A program made the position numbers and the translations under genes. From positions 1,847 to 65,846 of the forward strand of contig JBIOUG010000142.1 of assembly GCA_044866775.1 (NCBI GenBank): a stretch of DNA of 64,000 bases, in the 5' to 3' direction. Origin of the DNA: Thermoanaerobaculia bacterium. GTDB taxonomy: Bacteria; Acidobacteriota; Thermoanaerobaculia; Multivoradales; UBA5704. The notes under the pieces were generated by a model. It saw nothing but the letters and a program-made list of their open reading frames with translations. It did not search any database and had not been told where the DNA came from. Below, one piece after another: positions 23,196 through 32,678 of the stretch. How positions within the stretch are numbered: position 1 is the stretch's first letter; the number at the start of each line of letters is the position of its first letter.

Positions 23196-23456
23196 ATGTC
23201 GAGCTCCATCTCTATCCACTACTGCGTAGTCTGAAACTACTACCCCCGCGCCGCCGGTCTGGCGGCCGAGATCGAGAAGCGGTTCGGCATCCGACCCAAC
23301 CTCGTCAAGGGCAAGGGCGGCGTCTTCGACGTCACCCTCGAGAACGAGCTGATCTTCTCAAAAAAGAAGGAGGGGCGCTTCCCGCTGCCCGGTGAAGTGG
23401 AGCAGAAGATCGAGGAGCGGGTGGGCGCCGCGACGGAAGGCCCCTTCACGGTGTGA
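23196..23456 (+). CDS. SelW/Rdx-family selenoprotein (CxxU; in-frame TGA at 23232..23234 read as Sec)
   Basis: MSSSISIHYCVV[U]NYYPRAAGLAAEIEKRFGIRPNLVKGKGGVFDVTLENELIFSKKKEGRFPLPGEVEQKIEERV. The N-terminal 12 codons with SD GAGGAGA and the 73-codon downstream part are in one frame, joined by TGA. A SECIS-like hairpin follows. Confidence 0.8.
23247..23268 (+). promoter_or_regulatory. bacterial SECIS-like stem-loop downstream of the UGA
   Basis: CG(c)GCCGCC-GGUCU-GGCGGCCG. The apical loop begins 21 nt after the UGA. Confidence 0.65.
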
Positions 23457-24589
23457 GCGGCGGGCCGGCCCTCATCGCCGCCGCGCTCCTGCTCGCGCTG
23501 GCGTTGCTCGTCGAAGAGCGGCGGCGGCGCGCCCCGCCTCTCCCGCCTCCGCCCGCCGCCCACGAAGCCGTCACCGTCCTCCTCCCGGTCCGCGACGAAG
23601 AGGACAACGTCCTCCCCTGCCTCGACACGCTCCTCGCCCAGACCGCCGCGCCGCGGGTGGTGGTCGTGGACGACGGCTCGACCGACGCGACCGCTGCGCT
23701 GGTCGCCGCGCGCGCCGCCGGCGAGCCGCGGCTGACGCTGCTCGCCGCCGGCCCGCTCCCCGCCGGCTGGCGCGGCAAGCTCCACGCCCTCGCCGCCGGC
23801 CGCCGCGCCGTCGCGACGCCCTGGGTGCTGTCGACCGACGCCGACACCCGCCACGCTCCCGACCTCCTCGCCCGCGCCCTGGCCGCCGCCGCCGAGCGGC
23901 GGCTCGACGCCGTCTCCGTCGCCGGCCGCCAGCGCGCCCGCGGCTGGGAGAACCTCCTGGTGCCGCCGGTCTTCGCTCTGCTCGACGCCGTGCTCGGCGA
24001 CTGGGAGGCGGCGGCGCGCGGCGACGGGCCGCCCGTCGCCAACGGCCAGTTCGTCCTCGTCCGCCGCGCCGCCTGGGATGCCTGCGGCGGCTTCGCCGCC
24101 ATCCGCCATGCCCCGATCGACGACGTCGCGCTCGCCGCGCGCCTGCGACAGGGGGGCTTCCGCAGCGGCTTCTTCCGCGACGACGGGCTCGAGATCCGGA
24201 TGTACCGCGGCCTGGGCGAGGCGCTGCGCGGCTGGCGGCGCAACCTCGGCGGCCTTTTCGGCGGCTCGCCGGCCCGCGCGGCGGCGCTCCTCGCCGCGCT
24301 GGTCCTGCCGCCGGTCGGGCTGGTGGCGGCCCTCGCCGCCGGCCGGCCGGTCGACGCGGTCCTCCTCTGGACCGCCGGCGCCGCCGCCTCCGCCCTCCTC
24401 CGCGGCGGCGCCGGCCAGGCGCCGTTCTGGGGGCTCCTCTGGCCGGCCGACGCGCTCCTCCTCGCGGCCACGCTGGCGCTCGGCGTCGTCGACCACCGGC
24501 GCGGACGGCTGGTCTCCTGGAAGGGGCGCGAGATGCGGCTCGGCTCAAGTCAGTGCCATCGACGTGGCGGTGGCGATCCTCGGGCTTGA
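23453..24589 (+). CDS. family 2 glycosyltransferase (membrane-associated)
   Basis: VTVLLPVRDEEDNVLPCLDTLLAQT...VVVVDDGSTDAT, with C-terminal TM segments. The GTG start overlaps the selW-like stop (GTGA). Confidence 0.8.
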   Translation: MSGGPALIAAALLLALALLVEERRRRAPPLPPPPAAHEAVTVLLPVRDEEDNVLPCLDTLLAQTAAPRVVVVDDGSTDATAALVAARAAGEPRLTLLAAGPLPAGWRGKLHALAAGRRAVATPWVLSTDADTRHAPDLLARALAAAAERRLDAVSVAGRQRARGWENLLVPPVFALLDAVLGDWEAAARGDGPPVANGQFVLVRRAAWDACGGFAAIRHAPIDDVALAARLRQGGFRSGFFRDDGLEIRMYRGLGEALRGWRRNLGGLFGGSPARAAALLAALVLPPVGLVAALAAGRPVDAVLLWTAGAAASALLRGGAGQAPFWGLLWPADALLLAATLALGVVDHRRGRLVSWKGREMRLGSSQCHRRGGGDPRA

Positions 24590-24611
24590 CCGGGTCTTCC
24601 GAGCTGCTTCC

Positions 24612-24678
24612 CTCTTTACGGCGTCGATCCGATCTCCCTCACCCCTGGCCCCTCTCCCACGTGGGAGAGGGGGACGTC
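24612..24678 (-). repeat. ~70-bp hairpin repeat (family 2), copy 2, inverted relative to copy 1
   Basis: ctttacggcgtcgatccgatctccctcacccctggcccctctcccacgtgggagagggggac is the reverse complement of copy 1 with a few substitutions and one indel. Confidence 0.8.
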
Positions 24679-24695
24679 TACTCGATCCCGGCCGG

Positions 24696-25193
24696 TCACC
24701 CCGCGAGCGGCGCCTCGTAGACGCAGCTCTGCCCGGCCGACTCCTCGACCGACACCGCCAGCGACTCGACGCGCGTGCCGGCGAGCTGCGGCGCGATCTC
24801 TTCCCACAGCATGCGGGCAAGCAGCTCCATCGACGTGTTGGCGAGCGGCAGGAGCAGGACGTCGGCGGCGGGGAAGCGGTAGAGCCGCTGGTCGAACCGC
24901 ACCTCGACGGCGTCCCCCTCCTCGGTCCAGGCGATGTCGCGGCTGGCGGCCGGGATCAGCGTGCGGTTGTCGAGCCGGGCGCAGGCGGCGCGGATCGCCC
25001 GCTTCGCGGCTTCGATGTTGGCGAGGAGCCCGGTGTCGTCGAGCCCGTCGCCCGAGAGCTCCATCGCGACGTGGTAGTTGTGGCCGTGGAAGAGCTCCGC
25101 CCGCCCGGCGCCGAAGATGGTGAAGTGAGCGGAGGAGAACTTGAAGTCCTCTTTGGCAAGGACGATGCGGTAGCGCGGCGCGCGGGCGGGCAT
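24696..25193 (-). CDS. 6-pyruvoyl-tetrahydropterin synthase / QueD-family protein
   Basis: FKFSSAHFTIF...ELFHGHNYHV is the PTPS His triad pattern. Confidence 0.85.
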   Translation of the reverse strand: MPARAPRYRIVLAKEDFKFSSAHFTIFGAGRAELFHGHNYHVAMELSGDGLDDTGLLANIEAAKRAIRAACARLDNRTLIPAASRDIAWTEEGDAVEVRFDQRLYRFPAADVLLLPLANTSMELLARMLWEEIAPQLAGTRVESLAVSVEESAGQSCVYEAPLAG

Positions 25194-25217
25194 GCGGCGA
25201 TTCTAGATGGGACCGCC

Positions 25218-27425
25218 TCAGTCCTCCTCCGGCCGCGGCGCGTCGTCGCCGCGCGGCGCCAGCGCCGCCGCCTTGCCGATCAGGCTCACCAGCTCGGAGA
25301 CGCGCTGGTCGCCGGGGAAGGCGTCGGCGACCCGCTGGGCGCGGCGGGCGAGCGCGTCGAGGTCGCCGTCCTTGGCCCAGTAGGAGTGGCGCAGGATCTC
25401 GGCGAACTCGCCGACGATCGCGGCCAGCCGCAGACCGCGCGGCGCGCTCTCCCAGGTGCGCGCCATGTCGGCGGCGCGCAGCACCTGCTCCTCCTCCGTG
25501 AACTGCTGCGTGCGCGCCGACTTCCAGCGCAGCCGCAGGACGGCTCCCGGCAGCCCGGCGGGCGCCTCCGGCTGGAGCTTGATCTCGTAGAGCGCGGTCA
25601 CGCCGTGCCCGGCGCCGATCTCGCCGGCGTCGACCGTGTCGTCGCGGAAGCGATGGTCGGCGATGTCGCGGTTCTCGTAGCCGAGCAGGCGGTAGCGCGC
25701 CACCACCGCCGGGTTGAACTCGACCTGCACCCGCGCCTCGGAGGCGACCGTCTGCAGCGTTCCGGTCAGGTCCTCGACGAACACCCGCCGCGCCTCGTCG
25801 AGCGTGTCGACGTAGGCGTAGCGGCCGTCGCCCTTGTCGGCGAGCTGCTCCATCAGCACGTCGTTGTAGTTGCCCATGCCGAAGCCGACGGTGGTCAGCT
25901 CGATGCCGCGGTCCGCGGCCTGGCCGATGCGCGCCAGGATCGACTGCGGGCCGGTGGCGCCGACGTTGGCGACGCCGTCCGAGCAGAGGATGACGCGGTT
26001 GAGGGCGCCGCGGCGGAAGGCGCGGTCGGCCAGCTCGTAGCCGAGCACCAGCCCCTCCTCGGCGTTGGTCGAGCCCTCGGCCACCAGGCGGTCGACGGCG
26101 CGGCCGATCGCCGCCTTGTCGCTCGTGTGCTCGAGGAGCACCCGCCCCTCGCTGCCGTAGACGACCAGCCCCACCCGGTCCTCGGCGCGCAGCTCGCCGA
26201 GCAGCAGGCCGAGCGCGCGCTTGACCAGCTCGAGGCGGTTCTCGTAGTCCATCGACCCCGAGACGTCGACGACGAAGGTCAGGATCGCCGGCTTGCGGTC
26301 GGCGGCGGAGACCTCGCGCGCCCGCAGGTTGAAGCGCAGCAGGCGGTAGCGCTCGCCGCCGGCGAAGGGCGACGGCGCGCCCTCGACGTGGATCGCGAAG
26401 TCGCCGGAGCGCGGCGGCGCGTCGCCGTAGGCGAAGAAGTTGACCATCTCCTCGACCCGCACCGCCTCGGGGGGCGGCAGGTGGCCGTCGGCGAGGTAGC
26501 GGCGCACCACCGTGTAGGAGGCGGTGTCGACGTCGAGGCCGAAGGTCGAGAGGCGGTCGTCCTCGGTGTCGATGAACGGGTTGACGCCGTAGGTGCGGAA
26601 GAAGACGTCGCCGTACGGCTCGTCGTTGGGCTCGGCCGTGCCGCCGGTCGAGGGCTCCATCTCCTTGCTCTCGCCGAGGCGGCCGAGGCGCAGCGGCGCG
26701 TCGGCGGCCATCGTCTTCGGCGACGAGGGCACGCCGGCGATCATCCCGCCGGGCGTGCCGCCGGGCACACCGCCGGCGACGCCGCCCACGACGCCGCCCA
26801 CGACGCCCTGCGGCTTCGGCGCGACCGCGGCACGCTGCTTGGCCGCCTCCCGCCGCCGCTCCTGGAGCTGGCTCTCGGCGGTGGTCGTCACCTCGTCCTC
26901 GGCGGCGAGCAGCTCAGGCACCTCCACGGGCTGCGCCGCCGCCATCGGCGGTGGCGGCGCGCCGGCCTCGTTGCGCGCTCCGAGATCGAAGCGCCGCCCA
27001 TCGCTCTCGACGCCAGCGGCCTCACGCGACGCCGCCGAGGGAGCCATCTCGGGCTCCGGCCGCCGCGAGGCGGCCGCCGGCGGCCGCGGCATGCGCTCCG
27101 CCACGCCGGCACCGGCCTCCGGCGCCGCCGCCGGGCGCTCCGAAAGCTCCAGCTCTCCGGGCGCCGCCGCCTGCCGCCGCACCTCGAGAGCCAGGAACCC
27201 GCCCAGCAGCGCCACCGCGATCGACGCCGCGAGCAGCCACAGCCGCCGGCCGCCGAAGGCGCGGGGGCGCACGTCCTCACGCGCCGCCGTCGCCACCAGG
27301 CGCAGCCGCGCGCCGGGGTCCTCGGGGATCTCGGCGCGCAGCCGCGCCAGCAGCTCCGCCGGGGGCTCCACGTCGTCTTGCGCCGCCAGCCGGCGGGCGA
27401 TCTCGCGCTCGTTGAGCCTGCTCAT
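25218..27425 (-). CDS. membrane-anchored anti-sigma-like protein with extracytoplasmic vWA domain (YfbK/BatA-like)
   Basis: ATGA overlap with the ECF sigma gene. One TM (LWLLAASIAVALLGGFLAL), a Gly/Val-rich linker, FVVDVSGSM...GSTN (MIDAS), and a C-terminal DUF3520-like region (YRLLGYENR). Confidence 0.8.
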   Translation of the reverse strand: MSRLNEREIARRLAAQDDVEPPAELLARLRAEIPEDPGARLRLVATAAREDVRPRAFGGRRLWLLAASIAVALLGGFLALEVRRQAAAPGELELSERPAAAPEAGAGVAERMPRPPAAASRRPEPEMAPSAASREAAGVESDGRRFDLGARNEAGAPPPPMAAAQPVEVPELLAAEDEVTTTAESQLQERRREAAKQRAAVAPKPQGVVGGVVGGVAGGVPGGTPGGMIAGVPSSPKTMAADAPLRLGRLGESKEMEPSTGGTAEPNDEPYGDVFFRTYGVNPFIDTEDDRLSTFGLDVDTASYTVVRRYLADGHLPPPEAVRVEEMVNFFAYGDAPPRSGDFAIHVEGAPSPFAGGERYRLLRFNLRAREVSAADRKPAILTFVVDVSGSMDYENRLELVKRALGLLLGELRAEDRVGLVVYGSEGRVLLEHTSDKAAIGRAVDRLVAEGSTNAEEGLVLGYELADRAFRRGALNRVILCSDGVANVGATGPQSILARIGQAADRGIELTTVGFGMGNYNDVLMEQLADKGDGRYAYVDTLDEARRVFVEDLTGTLQTVASEARVQVEFNPAVVARYRLLGYENRDIADHRFRDDTVDAGEIGAGHGVTALYEIKLQPEAPAGLPGAVLRLRWKSARTQQFTEEEQVLRAADMARTWESAPRGLRLAAIVGEFAEILRHSYWAKDGDLDALARRAQRVADAFPGDQRVSELVSLIGKAAALAPRGDDAPRPEED

Positions 27426-28036
27426 CGGACCTCCTCCTCGAGCGCAACGGCCAGTGCCTGCAACGCCCGCTTCAGTCGCTTGCGGATCGCCGGCCCGGTG
27501 ACCCCTTCGTGCCGCGCCACCTCCGCTACCGACCGTTCGCCCCAGAAGAGCGCCGTCACCGTGAAGCGCAGCTCCTCGGGCAGGGCGAGCACGGCCCGCC
27601 GCAGGCGCTCGCCGACCATCGCGTCCCCCACCCGCTCGTCGGCGCCGGGCCCGGGATCGGGCAGCGCCTCCCCCTGTTGCTCGTCGAGCGGCACCAGGCG
27701 GCGCGGCCGGCGCAGGTGGTTCAGGAAGGTGGTGTAGGCGATGCGGCAGAGCCAGGTCGAGAAGCGGGAGCGCCCGTTGAAGGTGTCGAGCGCCGCCCAG
27801 GCGCGGCGGTAGGTCTCCTGCGTCAGGTCGGCGGCCAGCTCGGGGTCGCCGGCCAGGCGGCGCAGGAAGTTGAAGACGCCGCGGTAGGTGCGCTCGACGA
27901 GCAGCTCCGCCGCCCGCCGGTCGCCGGCCGCGAGGTCCGCCAGCAGGCGGCGCTCGTCGGCGGCCTCGGCGCGGTGGTCGGCGCTCATCTCGGGTCGCGG
28001 GAAGACCGCTGTGCGTGTGGTGTCCATCCTGGCCAC
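27422..28036 (-). CDS. ECF-type RNA polymerase sigma factor
   Basis: Region 2 is YRGVFNFLRRLAGDPELAADLTQETYRRAW, and region 4 is LPEELRFTVTALFWGERSVAEVARHEGVTGPAIRKRL. The exact start is uncertain (GTG 28036, ATG 28027 or 27988). Confidence 0.85.
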   Translation of the reverse strand: MARMDTTRTAVFPRPEMSADHRAEAADERRLLADLAAGDRRAAELLVERTYRGVFNFLRRLAGDPELAADLTQETYRRAWAALDTFNGRSRFSTWLCRIAYTTFLNHLRRPRRLVPLDEQQGEALPDPGPGADERVGDAMVGERLRRAVLALPEELRFTVTALFWGERSVAEVARHEGVTGPAIRKRLKRALQALAVALEEEVR

Positions 28037-28081
28037 TTAGACACGACGGCCCCGCCGGTAGGAAACCGCAGCCCGGAGGGA

Positions 28082-28113
28082 CGTAGCGCCCGGGCCACGT
28101 CCCGGGCGTTTTC
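28082..28113 (-). repeat. REP-like element copy C (reverse orientation)
   Basis: cgtagcgcccgggccacgtcccgggcgttttc is the exact reverse complement of copies B and G. Confidence 0.85.
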
Positions 28114-28539
28114 GCGCCGCCGCCCCGATCCCTCCTCAGGCCAGCGCCGCTGCGGCCGGCGCTCCGGCGGCCCGCGAGTGCTGGCGGGCGCGCACGCCGC
28201 TGGCGACGATCGCCGTGTAGAGGCCGTGCTGCGGCGGGACGCCCGAGGCGGGAGTGTACCCCGCAGAGCGCTGCGTGTCCGACGCCACAGCGGCATCATG
28301 GGGTGTTGTGAGAAGCGGCTCTCCGTCCGTCTAAGCTGCCGATGAATCCGTGGTCGCCAAGGTCGAAATCAGGATGGGTGGCACCGCCGCCGGCGGGTCC
28401 GTTCTACCCAGCGCCTGCCGCGCCGCGGCTAGGTGCTATCCTTGATTGCGAACCAACGAGAACCCGGGTCGCCGCACGCGACGCGAATCACCGCCGCCGT
28501 GCGGAGGCGCCCTGTCCCTCGGCAGGGCACGAGGACGAA

Positions 28540-31500
28540 ATGCGCAGGCTGCACGATTTGGCTGCCTCGATCGTGGTCGCCGGTCTGTTCGCCTCTCTCG
28601 GTTGCGATCCTGCCGCTGTTGAGCATCACTCCGCGAGTGGCCTCACGGCGGAGCACCGCGACCTTCTGCGCGCCCTCGCCGGCTCCCGCCCGCTGCGACC
28701 GCGGCTCGTCGGGCTGAGCCGCTGGTCTGCCTGCGCCCCCTCCGGACCCGCCGAGACGGTGAGCGACAACAGCGGATGCGCCGGTGACCCCCTCTCTTCC
28801 CGGCGATCGAGGGCGCTCTCCGCTGGCCGCGGAATCGAGAACGCCGCCCGGCACCAGTCGACGGGTCCCACCCTCCATGCGCTCGGCGTGTGGGTGCTCC
28901 TCCGCTCCCGTCGCGCCGAGATGCTCGACGACGCCGTTGCGCACCTCGAGCTGGCGGCAGGGTACTCGCCCGCGAACGGAGAGATCTGGAGCGATCTCGC
29001 GGCGGCCTACTACGTCCGGGCGCGGCGACTCCGGCGCCCGGAGGACCTGGTGCGCTCCCTTGCCGCGGCCGATCGGGCGCTGCAGGCCGCGCCCGGATTG
29101 GCGCCCGCCCTCTTCAATCGCGCCCTGGCTCTGCAGGCGCTGTTCCTGCGCGACGAGGCGATCGCGGCCTGGGAGGCGTTTCTCGCCTCCGGCGACGCGC
29201 GCGCATGGCGCGAGGAGGCACGCGCCCATCGCGCCCGGGCGGCGCGCCGAGCGGTGCTGCCGCGACGTCTGTCGGCGGGCATCCTGCAAGCCGGCGCGGC
29301 CCTCTCGTCACGGGACGCGGCCGCGGCCGTTGCGGCAGATCCGTTCGACGCGCTGCAGTTCGCGGAGCTCCACCTGCTCGGAGATCTCGGCTCTGTCGTC
29401 TCCGCGCAAGGGATTCTCGCCAACGCGCGAATGGTGGCGGCGGCGCTCCTCCACGTCAGCGGCGATCGCCAGCTCGATGCGGAGCTGAAGACGTGGGAGC
29501 GAGCGCTCGACGCCCCCGGCAGCGCCGCCCAGCGCGAGCGACTCCGGGCCGGCTACGCGAGCTACCGCGAGGCGCGCGGACTGTACGATGAGCTCGAGAC
29601 CCGACGCGCCGCGCCCCTCTTCGCGCAGGCCGCGCGCGAGCTCCGTGCCGCCGATAGTCCCCTCCACCTCTGGGCTCTCTATTACGCCGCGGTGTGCAGC
29701 TACTGGGAGGGCGATCTCGGGACGGCGGCGGCGGCCCTCGAGCTCCTGCGCACCGCGGCGAACGACCGGCAGTACCGGATCCTCAAAGGCTACGCCTCCT
29801 GGATGGTCGGACTGATCGCGGCCAACGAGGGCGACTTCGATCGCGCCTTCGATCAATACCGCGATGCCCTCGCCACCTTCGAGAGCGCGGGTCTCGTGAA
29901 CGAGGAGGGTTCGATCCGCGTCCAACTTTCGCAGGTGCTCCGCTTCATCAACGATCCCCGCGCGAGCTGGCGGCATCTCTACCGCGCTCTGGCCGAGGTG
30001 GATGCATGGCGGAGCGACAAGTGGCGCAACGCCCTGTTCGACGAGATCGCCGCGTGCGTCAGCGCCCGCGGGAATCCGGAAACTGCCCTTTACTTCCAAC
30101 GGCGCGCGGTGGCGGCGGCGGTCGCCGGCGGGCAGCCCGTGGTGATCAGCCAGGCCTACGCCCAGCGCTCGTTGACGTTGCGGGCGATGGGCCGGACGGC
30201 GCTCGCGCGAGCCGACGCCACCAGGGCGCGGGAAGGGCTCGAACGCATCACCGATCCCGCCGCACGGCGCCAGGCCGAAGCCGTCGTCCTGGTGACGGAG
30301 GCGCGCCTCGACCTGGGCGGAGACCCGGAAGTCACCGTGGAACGCCTCTCCGCGGCCGTGCGTGACCGCCGGCGCCGGGGAGCGTCCACCCTGCTGCCCG
30401 AGCTGCAGCTCGAGCGCGCTCGGCTGCTGGCTTCGCTCGGCAGAGCCGACGCGGCGGAGGCGGCATTGCTGGAGGCGATCGAGGCGGTCGAGGCCGGCAG
30501 CAGGCACCTCGACACCGGGCAGCGGCGCAGCGCCTACATCACGGGGTCGCGGGCGGTCTTCGATGGCATGATTCGCTTCCAGCTCGACATCCGCCACGAT
30601 GACCGGGCCGCGCTCCTCTTCGCCGAGCGGGCGCGCGTCCACGAGTTCTTCCCCGAGTCGGCGCGCGGCGCGATCTCGCACGCCGGTCTGAACGCTCTCC
30701 AGACCCGACTCCCACCCGCCTCTGCGGTCCTCGTGTATCACGTTCTCGACGATCGCCTTCTCGTCTGGCTCATTCGGCGGCGAGCGGTCTCCTTTCACCT
30801 GCAAGAGGTCTCCTCCTCGCTGCTCGCGGTGCAGGTGGAGAACTTCGCCCGAAGCCTCCGTCATGCGACGACCGCCGCCGTGGTGAGGGAGTGGGCGACG
30901 CGCCTCTATGAGAGCCTCGTCGCGCCGATGGCGGCCTCCTTGGCCGGTGTCGAGCGACTCTGGGTGGTTCCCGACGGCGCGCTCTTCGATCTGCCCTTCG
31001 GCGCTCTCGTCGAGCCGGCCTCCAACCGTCCTCTCATCACGCGGCACCAGATCATCAAAGCCCTCACTGCGGGCATCGGGACGACCGCCGGGCCTCCACC
31101 GCCGGCCGTGCGGCAGGCCCCCGACCACGCGCTGGTGATCGGCGATCCGGCCTTCGATCGCCAGCGCTACCAGGAGCTGCCGGCGCTCCGCTGGGCGCGT
31201 CGAGAGGCCTCCGCAGTGGCTGCCGCCTACCCCGATGCGGAGGTCCTCGTCGGTGAGGCAGCAACCCGTAGCCGCCTCCTGGCGGAGCTGGCCCGGTGGG
31301 AGGTCGTGCATCTCGCGACCCACGCCGTGGCGAATCGCGACACTCCCGAGCTGTCGATGCTCGTCCTGGCTCCGGATGCGCAGGCGCATGGCGGAGCGAT
31401 CTATGCGCGCGACATCGAGCGGTTGTCCCTCCAGGGTGTGCGCCTGGTCGTCCTCGCGGCCTGCGGGACGGCGGCGGCCGCCGACGGTGGCGGCGGCTCG

Positions 31501-31755
31501 TTCTCGGCCCTGGCGCGCCCCTTCCTGGCGGCCGGCGTGCCGCTCGTCGTCGGTAGCCTGTGGGACATCGAGGATCACGCGACCTCGCGGTTCTTCGTCA
31601 CCCTGCACCGCTTCCTCCGGCGCCCTGGGACGTCGCCGGCCGGCGCGCTCCAGCGGACGCAGATCAGCGCCATGGGCCGCGGCCCGTCGTCCGGCGGCGC
31701 CTCGTTCTCCTGGGCGGCGTTCGAGGTGTATGCCGCTCGCCCCGAACTCGAGTGA
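28540..31755 (+). CDS. TPR-repeat CHAT-domain (caspase-like) protein with N-terminal signal/lipoprotein-like peptide
   Basis: MRRLHDLAASIVVAGLFASLGC, a long TPR-like region, and C-terminal CHAT motifs VVHLATHAV and LVVLAACGT (His/Cys dyad). Confidence 0.85.
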   Translation: MRRLHDLAASIVVAGLFASLGCDPAAVEHHSASGLTAEHRDLLRALAGSRPLRPRLVGLSRWSACAPSGPAETVSDNSGCAGDPLSSRRSRALSAGRGIENAARHQSTGPTLHALGVWVLLRSRRAEMLDDAVAHLELAAGYSPANGEIWSDLAAAYYVRARRLRRPEDLVRSLAAADRALQAAPGLAPALFNRALALQALFLRDEAIAAWEAFLASGDARAWREEARAHRARAARRAVLPRRLSAGILQAGAALSSRDAAAAVAADPFDALQFAELHLLGDLGSVVSAQGILANARMVAAALLHVSGDRQLDAELKTWERALDAPGSAAQRERLRAGYASYREARGLYDELETRRAAPLFAQAARELRAADSPLHLWALYYAAVCSYWEGDLGTAAAALELLRTAANDRQYRILKGYASWMVGLIAANEGDFDRAFDQYRDALATFESAGLVNEEGSIRVQLSQVLRFINDPRASWRHLYRALAEVDAWRSDKWRNALFDEIAACVSARGNPETALYFQRRAVAAAVAGGQPVVISQAYAQRSLTLRAMGRTALARADATRAREGLERITDPAARRQAEAVVLVTEARLDLGGDPEVTVERLSAAVRDRRRRGASTLLPELQLERARLLASLGRADAAEAALLEAIEAVEAGSRHLDTGQRRSAYITGSRAVFDGMIRFQLDIRHDDRAALLFAERARVHEFFPESARGAISHAGLNALQTRLPPASAVLVYHVLDDRLLVWLIRRRAVSFHLQEVSSSLLAVQVENFARSLRHATTAAVVREWATRLYESLVAPMAASLAGVERLWVVPDGALFDLPFGALVEPASNRPLITRHQIIKALTAGIGTTAGPPPPAVRQAPDHALVIGDPAFDRQRYQELPALRWARREASAVAAAYPDAEVLVGEAATRSRLLAELARWEVVHLATHAVANRDTPELSMLVLAPDAQAHGGAIYARDIERLSLQGVRLVVLAACGTAAAADGGGGSFSALARPFLAAGVPLVVGSLWDIEDHATSRFFVTLHRFLRRPGTSPAGALQRTQISAMGRGPSSGGASFSWAAFEVYAARPELE

Positions 31756-31780
31756 TCGACTCTGCATGAGAGGAGACGTC

Positions 31781-32668
31781 ATGACCGATCGGTTGACCTC
31801 CACGCGGCCGCCGACCCTGACCGTCCATTTCCAGGGACTCTGTTCCTTCCTGCGCGATCGCGAGGATCCCGCGCGCACGCGGGAGGTCACAGTCATCCTG
31901 GTTGCCGGTGAGCGCGCGCCCGTGCGACCCGGGCTCTGCGCCCACACACCGGTGCTGATCTTCCATGCCGACGAGTTCATTCGGTTCCGGGGCGGACCGT
32001 CGCTCGCGACCGCGCTCATTCCGGGCAGGAGCGCAGCCCCGAGCAACCCGCGGCCGGCGCTCGGCGTCTGGCGGCTGGCCGGCAGGGAGCTGCGCGTCGT
32101 AGGCGCCCGCCGGCGGCGCCTACGCCTCTTTCGTGGGTTCGAGACGGCGGCGGACCTCCACCTCCTGACCGGCAGAGGAGCGGTGAAGCGGTCGGTCCTC
32201 GGCGCACGGCCGCCTCGCCTGGTCGCCGGGCGGGTGTTGCTGACCTCGGGATCGCTCTCGACGTCGCACAACGTGGGGGACGACGGCGATCCCGACGATC
32301 GTTGGGTGTTCGACGTCGAGAGCGCATCACCGACGACCGGAACGCCGGTTCCGTTCGCGCAGGAGATCCACTACCGCTTCCGCGGCGACCCGCTCGCGAA
32401 CGAGGTCGTCCTGCGCGCGCGTCCCATCGGCGGTGGCGGCCGGACGGAGACGCTCGCCCTGATCGCCGGGGCGACGGTCGCGATCTGCAACCTCTGTCCC
32501 CAGGACCACGTGCCGGTCACCAAGGAGCGAGATTTCCTCGCCTACTATCCGCTCCTGAGAACGCGGCCCGCGCGGGCCGTGATCCCCCACCGCCTGCCGA
32601 ACCCGAACGGTGATCCACCGGCCAGAGTCGGATTGAGCGCTTGTCCGCCGAGCACAACCTTCGTCTGA
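31781..32668 (+). CDS. hypothetical protein (295 aa), no family recognised
   Basis: GAGAGGAGA SD lies 4 nt before the ATG. The gene is tightly packed between the CHAT and trypsin-like genes. Confidence 0.5.
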   Translation: MTDRLTSTRPPTLTVHFQGLCSFLRDREDPARTREVTVILVAGERAPVRPGLCAHTPVLIFHADEFIRFRGGPSLATALIPGRSAAPSNPRPALGVWRLAGRELRVVGARRRRLRLFRGFETAADLHLLTGRGAVKRSVLGARPPRLVAGRVLLTSGSLSTSHNVGDDGDPDDRWVFDVESASPTTGTPVPFAQEIHYRFRGDPLANEVVLRARPIGGGGRTETLALIAGATVAICNLCPQDHVPVTKERDFLAYYPLLRTRPARAVIPHRLPNPNGDPPARVGLSACPPSTTFV

Positions 32669-32678
32669 GAGGCCCGCC

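Noticed and set aside
28137-28290. Minus-strand frame encoding ...GLYTAIVASGV..., reminiscent of a SulP permease N-terminus
   Set aside because: There are only ~10 suggestive residues, the only possible start is a GTG giving 50 aa, and there is no SD or further homology. It is probably chance.
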